Source: a virus. Taken from it: 64,000 nt of DNA. The translations under genes were made by a program, and so were the position numbers. Within the stretch, counting starts at the first letter, position 1, and every line of letters begins with the position of its first letter. The stretch lies in the IMG/VR virus record IMGVR_UViG_3300001688_000618, positions 659 to 64,658 of that record; one strand, written 5' to 3'. Shown in pieces: positions 1 through 10,104 of the stretch. The notes beneath the pieces are model-generated. The model searched no databases and had not been told where the DNA came from. It saw nothing but the letters and a program-made list of their open reading frames with translations.

Positions 1-966
1 TAATCGGCAAGCAAGATAATACTTGCCTTTAAAATAACAAGCTGAAGCAAATTCATTTACAGTGTTTTCAAGTAAGCTTTCTAAATTTAAATCAAATTGG
101 GTAACAGTAGAGCCATTAAAACTATAAATGCCATCTTGGCTAAAAAACACTATTATATCTCCGCAAACAATTACAGTTTCACCAAAAATTCTTGTGCTTG
201 AAAAATATAAATCACTTATGCTGAAATTTTCTGAAGAGCCATATTTTGAAAGTTTTGAAATGCCATAATCTCGGAAAATAAATAAATAATCATCTAAATT
301 AATTAAAGCATTTAAACGACCACAATCACCTGTTAAATCTAAACTATTTAATGTGTTGCTATTTAACGCAAGCAAACTTAAATTAGAAGTATATAATATT
401 GAATTTCTATCTCCTTCTGGAATTAAAAATAAGTAATCATAAATTTTGCAAAACGAAACTAATTTAGGACAATTTTCATTAAATATAGGAAATCTATGAG
501 TTGAATAAATACAAAGTCCATCATCATTAAAAAACAGCATAAAGTCTTCGCCTTCTATGCAATAATTAAGTCCTAATGGAACAGCATTAAATGGCTCAAT
601 GTTATCTATTATGTAAGTCCAATCATCATAAGAAAATAAAACAAACACGCTTAATCTGCCATCTATATTATAAAAAAGAATCTTGTTAACAGTTCGTTTG
701 TTTATATGGTCATAATATTTATAATGCCAAATTTTTCTTATTTCTGTTTCATTAAATATTTGAATTACTCTTTTTTGAGATGAGCCATCAGCAATAGGCA
801 AAGCAAGAGTTTCAAACCCAATTCCCGTTTCTAGCAAACCGCTTTGATTTTTATAATTATAACTCATTATTGTTTTGTTTTTTGCATCTATATTTTCAGA
901 AAAATTGTTAAAGCTTATTGTTTTTTTTACACCTTTTTTTGTTTTGATATTGTTTTTATAAAACAT
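1..966 (-). CDS. Partial ORF (runs off window); putative podovirus-type DNA stabilisation/tail nozzle protein of the resident capsid cluster
   Basis: Not in the ORF track. ATG at 966 preceded by GAGGAG; open to position 1 (MFYKNNIKTKK...FRDYGISKL...FFSQDGIYSFNG). Beta-rich, and follows the adaptor gene as in P22-like gene order. Confidence 0.55.
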   Translation of the reverse strand, partial: MFYKNNIKTKKGVKKTISFNNFSENIDAKNKTIMSYNYKNQSGLLETGIGFETLALPIADGSSQKRVIQIFNETEIRKIWHYKYYDHINKRTVNKILFYNIDGRLSVFVLFSYDDWTYIIDNIEPFNAVPLGLNYCIEGEDFMLFFNDDGLCIYSTHRFPIFNENCPKLVSFCKIYDYLFLIPEGDRNSILYTSNLSLLALNSNTLNSLDLTGDCGRLNALINLDDYLFIFRDYGISKLSKYGSSENFSISDLYFSSTRIFGETVIVCGDIIVFFSQDGIYSFNGSTVTQFDLNLESLLENTVNEFASACYFKGKYYLACRL

Positions 967-1005
967 TTTTCTCCTCGTTTTATTTAAGATTATCTAGCGA
1001 AAACC

Positions 1006-1575
1006 TTAACTCCACTTTCGTGGCTTTAATTTTATTTCACTTTTTTTTCGCATTGCCATTTTAATTCCATCTTTATATCTTTTTTCCCAAATATCCGCCT
1101 CGTTATGTTCTCCTCTAATTAAACAATATTCACGGGCAACGCCATAAGCCAAAACCTGTGGTAACAGTTTTCCAGCAAACAAAGTGTCATCATCAAAATT
1201 TAAATCATCTGGCATAAAGCTATAAATGATATTTGCAGAATTCGTATTTGCTTTAATATAATTTGAAAATAATTTATATAAAATGTTATTATCGTTATCA
1301 TCATAAAGTCTGTATACATCTAAAATACTTTGAGTAAGCAAATTAAATTCAAATTGTCCGTTTTTGAATATTATTTTTTCTTCATAAAAAAGAGGCAAAT
1401 AATCTGCACTTGTTTCTTTATAAATTAAATTGAAACATCTTACTAAAAAATCTATTTCTTTTTGTTGTGCATCTGTTATTTCGTTGGTTGCATTTTCATC
1501 AAAAAGTGATGTTTCTAAAAGTTCGTTTCTTCCAAGAAGCACCAGTGATGTTTCTATTATTTCTTTTACTTTCAT
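1006..1575 (-). CDS. Putative head-tail adaptor / tail tubular protein A-like (resident cluster)
   Basis: 189 aa downstream of the capsid gene; C-terminal LAYGVAREYCL...A..WE..Y pattern typical of adaptors. Confidence 0.5.
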   Translation of the reverse strand: MKVKEIIETSLVLLGRNELLETSLFDENATNEITDAQQKEIDFLVRCFNLIYKETSADYLPLFYEEKIIFKNGQFEFNLLTQSILDVYRLYDDNDNNILYKLFSNYIKANTNSANIIYSFMPDDLNFDDDTLFAGKLLPQVLAYGVAREYCLIRGEHNEADIWEKRYKDGIKMAMRKKSEIKLKPRKWS

Positions 1576-1590
1576 TCCAACTCCTTTTAG

Positions 1591-1899
1591 TTATTTCAGC
1601 ATATCTTTTACAATATTTAAGGTTTGATTATTTAATCGTTTTTCTGTTCTTAAATTTTCATTGTCTATACTATCAATTATTTTTTTGATATTTTCAATTC
1701 GAGTTTTTTGAACTAACTCTAATGTTCGGGCATCAAGAGTTTTATAAGGAACACTTAAACAAAAAGTGTTATTTATTTGACCTTTGTGATGAACTTCAAA
1801 ACCTCGTGTTTTTGAATTAAAAACAATAAAATAATTTTCATCTATCTCACGCAATTGCTCGGATATAAAATAAACATCTGTTTCAACTTTGATTAACAT
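1591..1899 (-). CDS. Hypothetical protein in the resident capsid cluster
   Basis: 102 aa, GGAGAG RBS, co-oriented with cluster. Confidence 0.6.
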   Translation of the reverse strand: MLIKVETDVYFISEQLREIDENYFIVFNSKTRGFEVHHKGQINNTFCLSVPYKTLDARTLELVQKTRIENIKKIIDSIDNENLRTEKRLNNQTLNIVKDMLK

Positions 1900-1916
1900 T
1901 CTCTCTCCGTTTAAGT

Positions 1917-1955
1917 AAAAAACTTCCTTAAAAAATAATTTTTAAGAAAGTTTTT
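1917..1955. terminator. Hairpin/terminator after the major capsid gene
   Basis: AAAAACTTcCTTAAAAA...TTTTTAAGaAAGTTTTT inverted repeat with T-runs on both strands. Confidence 0.5.
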
Positions 1956-1981
1956 AGTATGTCTTTAATTTTCAATTATTT

Positions 1982-3199
1982 TTATTCTGTTATAATTGAC
2001 TCCACAACTTCAAATGGATTAGTAACTGTGTTTGATATATTCGAAATTTTTGCTTGTGCAATAGGACGGTCGCAAATTAAGTCGGCATATTTAACCAAAG
2101 TTGCACTGTAAATTGGATATCCTGCAACTTGTCTTATAACCCTGCCGTCTTCACCTTCTAACCAATTCCAATCACAAAGTTGATGTAAAACAAAATCTTT
2201 TGTATTAAGCATATATAATGTTCCACTTTCAACAAATCTATCTGCAACAAATGGAATTCCATTAAAAGTTATTGCCTTATAGCCACCTGCAAGTTCCATA
2301 ATATCAACATTTCTTTTATAGTAAGATAAATATTGTTGATATGCTTTTCTAACATCTCTCGCACAAGAAATAAAATCAATTTCTCCGCCCGCCTTGTCTT
2401 CCAACGCATCAATTGCATCTTGTAAAACAATGTCGGAGATTTCTTTTTCACTGTTATCTTTATACGCATTTAACCAAGGGTAAGTTGTTCGGCTTAATCC
2501 ATAAAGGTCGCCTGAACCAAAGATTGCTTCTAGTCCTGTTATTTCAAAATCTTTTGAACCCTGAACATATAAATTTGCTCCAGTTGCCAATGTTCCTAAG
2601 CTAGACGGAAAATCCATATAAACTTTATTATCGGTTCTATCTACATAAGAAACTCGGTAACCACTAAATGTTGTATCTTTAACATCGTTAACATAAACAT
2701 CTAAAATCATTCCTTCTATAATATTGCGAGTATCAGTAACTGTGAAATATGTTGTTCCTGATTCTATTGCTTCTGATGTGGTTGCCAAAAGTCCGCTACC
2801 ATTGCCATAAAGCATTCTGCCTAAATTAAAACTGCTTGCTTTTATTAAACCTTCCATTTCATCATTTAAAAGATTTACAAATGCCCCTGCATTATTTTCT
2901 GAAGCACGAATTGCTTTATCAGAAATTTCAATTTTCCCATATAAGTTTTTTAAGCTTGTTTTAAACTGCACATATTTATTATTACCTGCTGACGGTAAAT
3001 TACCATCTTCACTTCCTGCTCCTATTCCGCCATTAATTCCATATGGAGCAAGTTTAATAATTTCTTTGCCCCATACATTAGCAGAAGATTGTTTTATTTT
3101 TCCAAGAAGTGGATTTGCATTAATATTAAGTTGATTTGCAACAACACCTAAATATACACTTTTAAGTGCCGCTTCTGCATTGTTTAAAGTAACTGCCAT
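1982..3199 (-). CDS. Major capsid protein (resident cluster)
   Basis: 405 aa; LYGKIEISDKAIRAS, NLGRMLYGNGSG, GGYKAITFNGIPFVADRF are HK97-fold capsid-like; follows portal and scaffold. Confidence 0.8.
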   Translation of the reverse strand: MAVTLNNAEAALKSVYLGVVANQLNINANPLLGKIKQSSANVWGKEIIKLAPYGINGGIGAGSEDGNLPSAGNNKYVQFKTSLKNLYGKIEISDKAIRASENNAGAFVNLLNDEMEGLIKASSFNLGRMLYGNGSGLLATTSEAIESGTTYFTVTDTRNIIEGMILDVYVNDVKDTTFSGYRVSYVDRTDNKVYMDFPSSLGTLATGANLYVQGSKDFEITGLEAIFGSGDLYGLSRTTYPWLNAYKDNSEKEISDIVLQDAIDALEDKAGGEIDFISCARDVRKAYQQYLSYYKRNVDIMELAGGYKAITFNGIPFVADRFVESGTLYMLNTKDFVLHQLCDWNWLEGEDGRVIRQVAGYPIYSATLVKYADLICDRPIAQAKISNISNTVTNPFEVVESIITE

Positions 3200-3209
3200 T
3201 TTTTCTCCT

Positions 3210-3397
3210 TTATTTTAATTAAAAATATTAATTAAAATTAAATTTTAATTATTTAATTAAATTAATTTAATTTTAATTAATTTAATTTTTAATTATTTAA
3301 TTTTTAATTATTTAATTTTAATATTTTTTGATTTTTTTAATTTAATTAAATTATTTTTTAGTATTTTTATTTAATTTTTTTAGATTTTTTAATTTAA
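3210..3397. repeat. Near-pure A/T low-complexity spacer with (TTTAATTA)-type tandem units
   Basis: ~190 bp containing only a few G/C bases. Confidence 0.8.
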
Positions 3398-4015
3398 TTA
3401 ATTAAACATTTTTTTAACAATTTCCTTAGCTTCTTCTAAGTTGGTTGGTTTTTGTAGCGTACGCAAAGGTATTCCACTTCCAACCGAACTTAAAATTATT
3501 TTCGGTGATTTGTTTTTTTGAAGGTCTTCTAAATATGATTTTAAAATGCTTTGTTTAACATCATCGTGAGTGTTAATAAAATTTTTTATAAACTCATCAT
3601 TTTTTAAAAGCTCTTCATCAGATTGAATATTGGTTTCCTGAGTTGAAGTTAAATTATGAGTTTGCTTTTGCGGTTCAATTTGCGTTTTTTCTAATGCAGT
3701 TGTTTTATTTGAAAGTTCATTTTCTAGATTGTTCTCTACATTTTCATCATTCTCTTCATTCTTTAATTTCAATTTTTCAGTTAGGTTTTCTGTTTCATTA
3801 ATTACCTTTTCAAGCTCTTTCAATCTTTGACACTTTCTAGTAAACTCTGCCTGCAAATTGTTATAGGCAGTAAGCAAACTTTCAGTGTTTTTAAATTTTC
3901 CTAAGGAGCCAACAGTTTGCTCAAAAATGTTCTCATTATTCTCATTATTTTTATTTGCATCTGCAAGTAACATTTGGCTTTCTTCTGGTTGTTCCTTATT
4001 AATTGTGTTTTGCAT
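3398..4015 (-). CDS. Putative capsid scaffolding protein (resident cluster)
   Basis: 205 aa, acidic coiled coil, LGKFK...LLTAYNNLQAEFTRKCQ; lies between portal and capsid. Confidence 0.7.
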   Translation of the reverse strand: MQNTINKEQPEESQMLLADANKNNENNENIFEQTVGSLGKFKNTESLLTAYNNLQAEFTRKCQRLKELEKVINETENLTEKLKLKNEENDENVENNLENELSNKTTALEKTQIEPQKQTHNLTSTQETNIQSDEELLKNDEFIKNFINTHDDVKQSILKSYLEDLQKNKSPKIILSSVGSGIPLRTLQKPTNLEEAKEIVKKMFN

Positions 4016-4027
4016 AAAAAATCTCCT

Positions 4028-4153
4028 TTAAAAATTAAATTATTAATAAAATAATTAAATATTTTTTATTAATTATTTATTTTTTATTAATTTTTTATAT
4101 TTAATTTAATTAAAATTAAATATATTTTTATTTTTTTATTATTTATTTTTAAT
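4028..4153. repeat. A/T-only low-complexity spacer
   Basis: ~125 bp essentially devoid of G/C between portal and scaffold genes. Confidence 0.75.
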
Positions 4154-6052
4154 TTATTTTTTTAAATTTTCAATATTTAATTGTAATTTATTTTTGTGTT
4201 CAGCGATATGGTTTAAAATGTTATTTAAAAGATTTGAATTGTTTTTTCTTTCAACCTCTCCGCCTAATAAAAATGCAGTGTGTTCTGAAATATGAATTTC
4301 GTGGTCATCAATTTCAGAAATTTTTGAGTTTTTATTTTCAATAAACATAAAATTTTCTTTTGAAGCTTTGCTGGCTTGTAACTCATTTAAATCACGAGTG
4401 CCTTCCCAAAAGCCAAAACCTAAAAGTTCTAATACTTTGGCTCTCATTTTATTTGATAATTTTCCACTTTCATCTTTCAACAATCCTGACTTTAAAAGTT
4501 CAAGAATTAAATTTCTTCTTTGAGAATTGCTTTCGCCTAATTCATTTTCGGTTTCAAAAATTATATCATCTGAAGAAATATCATTCGAATTAAAATAAAA
4601 CATTTCAAGCTCTCCATTGCTACCAACAATTTTAGTAAGTTTTGGAATTTTAACAAATTGTTTGTAAAGTCTTAAAATATGTTTTGCAATTTCTTTTATT
4701 GCATTTTTAATGCTGTCGCTTGTTATTAAAATTTTATTTTCGTCTTGTTCAATTAAAAGTTCTAAAGCTGTTCCACTTAAATTTTTTGAAGTATATTGAT
4801 TATTTGAAAAGTCTGACACTCCGCTCATATTTGCAAATTCTTTTATTAAAGATTCTTCTTCCTTAGTGAAATCAAATGGCATACTGTCATTTTCCATATA
4901 TTTTGGTGCGGTTGTTCCTTGCCGATAAACCAAAACTTTTCCTGGGCAAAGACCATCTTCTTCTAAACTTTCAATATCCAAAGAACCATCTTCAACCGTT
5001 AAAACCCCCATTGAAAGACGATTTAAAAATTCGTGCTTTCTGTTTTTTATGGCATTATATGCTCTTTGTAATGGAATTAATCTTTCAATTATACTAATAC
5101 CCCAAAAGCAACCAACTCTTGGAATTGAAACTTGTTTAATGAATGGAAAAGTTCGGTTATTATCTGTGTCGTTTATAAAAGGTAGTCCGCCAATATGCAA
5201 AAGTTTGTTTTGTGCAACAATAACCACTCTACCATTTGGATATTTTATGCTTGGCGCTTCGTATCTTTCAATAACAACAGCATAATTTTTTTTGATTACA
5301 GCATTATTTTGCGTGTGTAAATTATCAAGTGTTAACACATTTATTTCTTCACCTTCAACATCTACACCCCATTGATTTTTAATTTCTTCAATATGATAGG
5401 CACGAGCATGAATTATGCTTCTAGAATTTTTTATTTCTTGCACTTCAACACTTTCTGGATATATCTCAAATGGTGAAATTGCTAAAACTTCTACATCGCC
5501 ACTTTTCAAAGGAGCACCGCTTTCTAAATTAGCAATAACACTTCCTTTAAAATTATTCCAAACAACTTTATAAAAACTTGTGCCACAAATTTCACTCCAT
5601 TTGGTTGCTTCTGAAATTATTGCATTCATTTCTGCCTTGTTATAAATTGATTCAACTATTTTTTTAGATAATTTTGCCGTTTTAATATCCGAATCATCAT
5701 TGGATGCAGGTAAAACATTAATTTTAGGTCGCACTTTTTGAAGTTTAGACAACCGCCTTTCAACTATTGGTGAAATATGATTATAAACTTCTTGTTGTTG
5801 CCAAAAAAATCTTTTTTTATAGGTTTGTATTTCATCAACATTTTTAATAAAACAATATTGATTACCTGCTAAAAAGTTCATATTAAGTTGCCATTGCGCT
5901 TCAAAATTTCGTCTTTCTTTCTGACGCTTTTTAAAATCATCTATTATTTCTTTAATTAATAGTTTCTCGGCAACCTCCTGTTCATCTTTTTGTTTTTTTG
6001 TTAATCTTTTCATTGTTTCTCCTTCATATGCTTTAAGGCAATTCTTCTTCAT
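4154..6052 (-). CDS. Portal protein, podovirus/P22-like (resident cluster); true start probably 6013 (MKRLTKK)
   Basis: ~620 aa; YNHISPIVERRLSKL, WGISIIERLIPLQRAYN, SGTALELLIEQD; GAAGGAGA RBS before 6013. Confidence 0.8.
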   Translation of the reverse strand: MKKNCLKAYEGETMKRLTKKQKDEQEVAEKLLIKEIIDDFKKRQKERRNFEAQWQLNMNFLAGNQYCFIKNVDEIQTYKKRFFWQQQEVYNHISPIVERRLSKLQKVRPKINVLPASNDDSDIKTAKLSKKIVESIYNKAEMNAIISEATKWSEICGTSFYKVVWNNFKGSVIANLESGAPLKSGDVEVLAISPFEIYPESVEVQEIKNSRSIIHARAYHIEEIKNQWGVDVEGEEINVLTLDNLHTQNNAVIKKNYAVVIERYEAPSIKYPNGRVVIVAQNKLLHIGGLPFINDTDNNRTFPFIKQVSIPRVGCFWGISIIERLIPLQRAYNAIKNRKHEFLNRLSMGVLTVEDGSLDIESLEEDGLCPGKVLVYRQGTTAPKYMENDSMPFDFTKEEESLIKEFANMSGVSDFSNNQYTSKNLSGTALELLIEQDENKILITSDSIKNAIKEIAKHILRLYKQFVKIPKLTKIVGSNGELEMFYFNSNDISSDDIIFETENELGESNSQRRNLILELLKSGLLKDESGKLSNKMRAKVLELLGFGFWEGTRDLNELQASKASKENFMFIENKNSKISEIDDHEIHISEHTAFLLGGEVERKNNSNLLNNILNHIAEHKNKLQLNIENLKK

Positions 6053-6326
6053 TTTTAAGAATATTAAGAAGTCTATTTCTTTCTTTTAGTAATTCTTCAT
6101 CTGTCATATTCTCTAACTCACTAAGCGATTTACCATCATAATAAGATAGAAATATTTTTATGGCTGATATATCTGGCGGAAAATGTTTTTTAGTAATCTT
6201 TCTTTTGTTTAATATATCTGCTCCGTTTTCATCTACAATATATTCTTCAACAATTTCGTTCACATCATAGCCGACTGCCTTTTTCATTAATGCCTTTTTT
6301 ATTGATTTCTCTTCATTGGCTTGCAT
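6033..6326 (-). CDS. Terminase small subunit-like protein (resident cluster)
   Basis: ALMKKAVGY...EEY...KKHFPPDISAIK pattern seen in TerS-like proteins; directly before portal. Confidence 0.5.
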   Translation of the reverse strand: MQANEEKSIKKALMKKAVGYDVNEIVEEYIVDENGADILNKRKITKKHFPPDISAIKIFLSYYDGKSLSELENMTDEELLKERNRLLNILKNEEELP

Positions 6327-6345
6327 TTTTTCATTCCTACTTAAT

Positions 6346-6379
6346 TAAAAAAACTCGTAAGTTTTCACTTATGAGTTTT
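6346..6379 (-). terminator. Hairpin plus U-tract upstream of the terS-like gene
   Basis: Minus strand AAAACTCATAAG-tgaaaa-CTTACGAGTTTTTT. Confidence 0.5.
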
Positions 6380-6469
6380 CTGCACATATAATAACACCGA
6401 GATTTTAATAAACAATACTTACAGGACAAAATTTTTTAAACAAGGCAAACAATGGGCAAGCAACAAATT

Positions 6470-6495
6470 AAAAAATCGAGATAATATCTCGATTT
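6470..6495 (-). terminator. Rho-independent terminator after the surface protein gene
   Basis: AAATCGAGAT-aat-ATCTCGATTT perfect hairpin with T-run. Confidence 0.65.
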
Positions 6496-6502
6496 CAAAA
6501 CT

Positions 6503-8701
6503 TTAAAATTGATTTAAAAATTCTTTTCTTTTTGAAGAACGAAAAATTATTATTGAAATAAGTGTAACTAAACCAATTCCACCAACTGAACCTATCACAA
6601 TCCAAAGCCATGTTAAATCGGCACTTTCTGGATTATCTTCTTCAATTTCTAAAATAAGAACAAAATCTTCTGTTATTGTTAAGTTAATGGTAGTTGAAGT
6701 TGCTGTTTCGGTTGGTTTAATAAAATTAGATAACGGGCGAGTTCCTGCTACTTTCCATTGTTTAAACCTAAAATTATCTTTCATTTCTACTGTTATTTCA
6801 ATGCTTTTTCCAACTTGCACTGATTGATTGAAAATGTCAATAAAATCCACAGAATGTTCATTAACCCAAACACCATCTACATAAAGTTTGCAAGCATTTT
6901 TATCAATAGGAGTTTGAATATTTAGATTGCAAACATTTTCTGTAAAATTGGCCTGAATTGTATAAACCACAACGCCATCTTCAATAATATATGGAATTTC
7001 AGAATCTTCATCAAAATTTAAATAGGTTATATTAGTATTAGTTCCTACTTGACCAAAAGCTATTGTTATAGATTTTTTCGCTTGCATATTATTTCCTGGT
7101 GCGCCACGCATTGCAATTGTTTTTTCATTGTTTTCATCTAGCCAGCTCCAATTTGCAAACGCAAATGAATTGCTAACAGGGTCGGCTACAAAAGTATATT
7201 CTTCGCCTCCACCTCCATATACAATTGTGCGTGTAAATGATGATTGTTTAATTGTTGATGAACCTTGCATTACAAGACCTCTATTAGAGTCTTCTGTAAT
7301 AATTCTTAATATATAATTGATATTTTCAGTGGTTGCATAATAAGCACCAGCGGTTTTTGCATTAGCCGAAAATTCATATCTTGCTAAAAAATCATTTATA
7401 AAAACCAAATTAATTTGTGAATTTGTATCTGTTTTTATTAAGTCTTTTACCTTTTTATAATTTAAAAATTCATCAATTATTTCAACTTCAATTAAAAGTC
7501 TATCTCCGAATTTAAAAACAGTTAAATCTGTTGGAGCAAAACTATCATTTTCAAAAAGATAAATTGTACATTCAACACCTAAATCATTTAAACTAGAATT
7601 TAACATTATTGAAAAACTTTCGAAAATCTGCAAAACTATAAATTGAAAACTTTCTTTTTTTGTCCACACCGTTTCTACATCCCAAACATATAAAAAGTTC
7701 CAAATTTCTTCATCGCCAATTGTTGCAGACTGTAAAAAGTTGTTTGTGTCGCCAAATATAGCCGATTCTTTATAATCAATGTTTATATTAATATATCCGT
7801 TTGATTTGCCAATGAATGAAATTCCTGTTTGATTGTTAAATGTATAACAATATGAAAGTTTATCATCTGAAAAACCTTTAACTTCACCAAAAATTCTTCC
7901 ATTTAAAACATCGGCATTAAGATGAGAATAATTATATATTATTACTCCACCACAAAATATATTTGAAATAAGCCCTAATGTTCCACCTCTTTCAGCAACG
8001 CCCACAAAACCACCTAAAACTAATTGTGTTTGAGGGTCCACCAACGAACTAACTACTGTTGCTGTAATAATGTTTGTATTGTTTGGAACTGCAAAACAAT
8101 TTGTTATTATTGAATTAACTGCATTTCCTATAAACCCACCAATTGCAGTTAAAAGCGCTTCGCTTGAATGTTGTGTTACTTCAATGTCTGTTTTAACATA
8201 AGAATTTGTTATATTTGAATTAATCGCACTTCCAACAAGACCACCTATATTTGCCGAAGCTTTAATTTCGGCATTGATATTGCCACTTGCATATACTTGG
8301 TTTATTGTTGAATAATTAACCGTTTGTGCTAACATTCCAAAATCTGAAGTTAAAAAAGAATAATCTTGATTATCAAATGTATATGTATCAGGAATTATAA
8401 TTCCTAAATTGGTTATTGTTGCATTATTTAATGCAATAAATAAATTATTGCTTAAAGTAATCGTAAAGCCATTTCCGTTTAACTCTCCACTGAAATTTAT
8501 AGGTGTCCAATCATTTAAAGTTATATTTTCGGTTAAAATAAAACTTTGATTTTCAGGGTTAGTTAACTCTGAAACAAAATTGCTATTCGTAAGTTCAATT
8601 ACTTCATCTGCTTTTACACTTACATTATTACCAGCATTAATGTTTGTTAGCATAATTCCTGCTGTTAATATAAACACAAAAATATATAATATTTTTTTCA
8701 T
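6503..8701 (-). CDS. Membrane-anchored surface protein with GLUG/ZmpB-like beta-helix and repeat domains
   Basis: N-terminal signal peptide; WTPINFSGELNGNGFTI, NIGGLVG, IGGFIG motifs; F..W repeat motifs; C-terminal TM helix followed by basic tail. Confidence 0.7.
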   Translation of the reverse strand: MKKILYIFVFILTAGIMLTNINAGNNVSVKADEVIELTNSNFVSELTNPENQSFILTENITLNDWTPINFSGELNGNGFTITLSNNLFIALNNATITNLGIIIPDTYTFDNQDYSFLTSDFGMLAQTVNYSTINQVYASGNINAEIKASANIGGLVGSAINSNITNSYVKTDIEVTQHSSEALLTAIGGFIGNAVNSIITNCFAVPNNTNIITATVVSSLVDPQTQLVLGGFVGVAERGGTLGLISNIFCGGVIIYNYSHLNADVLNGRIFGEVKGFSDDKLSYCYTFNNQTGISFIGKSNGYININIDYKESAIFGDTNNFLQSATIGDEEIWNFLYVWDVETVWTKKESFQFIVLQIFESFSIMLNSSLNDLGVECTIYLFENDSFAPTDLTVFKFGDRLLIEVEIIDEFLNYKKVKDLIKTDTNSQINLVFINDFLARYEFSANAKTAGAYYATTENINYILRIITEDSNRGLVMQGSSTIKQSSFTRTIVYGGGGEEYTFVADPVSNSFAFANWSWLDENNEKTIAMRGAPGNNMQAKKSITIAFGQVGTNTNITYLNFDEDSEIPYIIEDGVVVYTIQANFTENVCNLNIQTPIDKNACKLYVDGVWVNEHSVDFIDIFNQSVQVGKSIEITVEMKDNFRFKQWKVAGTRPLSNFIKPTETATSTTINLTITEDFVLILEIEEDNPESADLTWLWIVIGSVGGIGLVTLISIIIFRSSKRKEFLNQF

Positions 8702-8886
8702 TTTTTCTCCTAACCTATGATGTAGGCTTTATTGTTGAATTATAATCTAAATTATTATACCATATTTAAACAAAATTACAAATAAAAAAACATTTTATAA
8801 TTATAAAAAAAAGCAGAATTTGAACTTTTGGCTTTTAGCACAGTGTATTGCACTGTAATTCAAATTTCCGCTTTTAATATTTAAAA

Positions 8887-9990
8887 CTATCTTCCTTGCC
8901 CTTTGTCCCAACAGTTTCTTTGACTTTGAATATAAGCAATTTTTGCTTCAACCGAATCAAATACTTCGGTTAAAAATTCTTTATCATAATTTGTTAGCAT
9001 ATCAAAGTATGATTTTTTAAATTCTGCGTTGTTCTGACCTAATGTAACTAAAAATTCTAGTTTTTCAACATCAGCAGGATAATCAACACAATTTAAAATA
9101 ATAAAGCAACCTTGTGGCAAACCTAAATTTAAACATCTCTCATATAAAGCATCTGCCAATGTATTATCATAAAACGCAGGATTATTCATTCCCAAAGATA
9201 ATATTATCCACTCTCTATCACTAAGTTCAATTGAATTATTTAAACTTGCATTACACAAACTATGATAGATTTCTTTAACCATATTTTGCATCGGTTTAAC
9301 ATTTGGCTCTAATGTTTTTGAATTTTCTTCAAAATCGAGATATGTTTTTAAAATGCTTTCTGCTTTTTTTATATTTGTTAAACATTGCTTATTTGACTTT
9401 TTATTATCATTATTATTTTTTAAAGTTTTTATTAATTGATTTTGATATATTTTATGCATCTGATTAATTAAAGTATCTAACGCAAAATAAGCATTATTTC
9501 TAGCACTTTTGTTTAAAGGATTGAATAAACTTTCTAAATAATCAAGAGATAAAAAAGGTGAACATTTGGCGGGCACATTAAATTTATATGTTAAGTATTT
9601 ATAAAACTCATTTAAGTTTGGTTCTAAAACATAACCATTTTCATTGGTTATTTTTTTATAAACACTCGTCTCTTGCATTTGTTTTAATTTTGTAAATTGC
9701 ATATCTATTATGCAAAAGCATTTTATCATATTTTCAAAAGTGGTTTTTTGTAATAATATTTCAGGAATAACCACCAGATTTTTATCATCTTTATTTTTTG
9801 ATTCTTCTTCTATAACATAACGCAAATCTTTTATATTATTAGAAGATGCAATATAAGATAAATATACTTCCATAAGTTTGCAATAAGTATTATCATTTAT
9901 GCAATCAAAATATAAAGCTGCTAAAGCTATGTTATTATATGTTCTTTTTAGCTGATTTTTAGCTAAAAAAGGAATGTTTTTTCCTATCAT
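8887..9990 (-). CDS. Hypothetical protein
   Basis: 367 aa, AAGGA RBS, own promoter, no motif recognised. Confidence 0.6.
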   Translation of the reverse strand: MIGKNIPFLAKNQLKRTYNNIALAALYFDCINDNTYCKLMEVYLSYIASSNNIKDLRYVIEEESKNKDDKNLVVIPEILLQKTTFENMIKCFCIIDMQFTKLKQMQETSVYKKITNENGYVLEPNLNEFYKYLTYKFNVPAKCSPFLSLDYLESLFNPLNKSARNNAYFALDTLINQMHKIYQNQLIKTLKNNNDNKKSNKQCLTNIKKAESILKTYLDFEENSKTLEPNVKPMQNMVKEIYHSLCNASLNNSIELSDREWIILSLGMNNPAFYDNTLADALYERCLNLGLPQGCFIILNCVDYPADVEKLEFLVTLGQNNAEFKKSYFDMLTNYDKEFLTEVFDSVEAKIAYIQSQRNCWDKGQGR

Positions 9991-10044
9991 TTCATCCTTA
10001 ATAAACTTAATTTTATATAAAATATAACTATTTCATACAATTAT

Positions 10045-10073
10045 ATTGTAACTTTATTATGACAATTTGTCAA
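10045..10073 (-). promoter_or_regulatory. Sigma-A-type promoter for 8887..9990
   Basis: TTGACA(10073-10068)-17 bp-TACAAT(10050-10045), overlapped by palindromes TGACAAtTTGTCA and TACAATtatATTGTA. Confidence 0.6.
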
Positions 10074-10104
10074 TATGCTTTTAATTTAAAATTTGTTACC
10101 TTAT

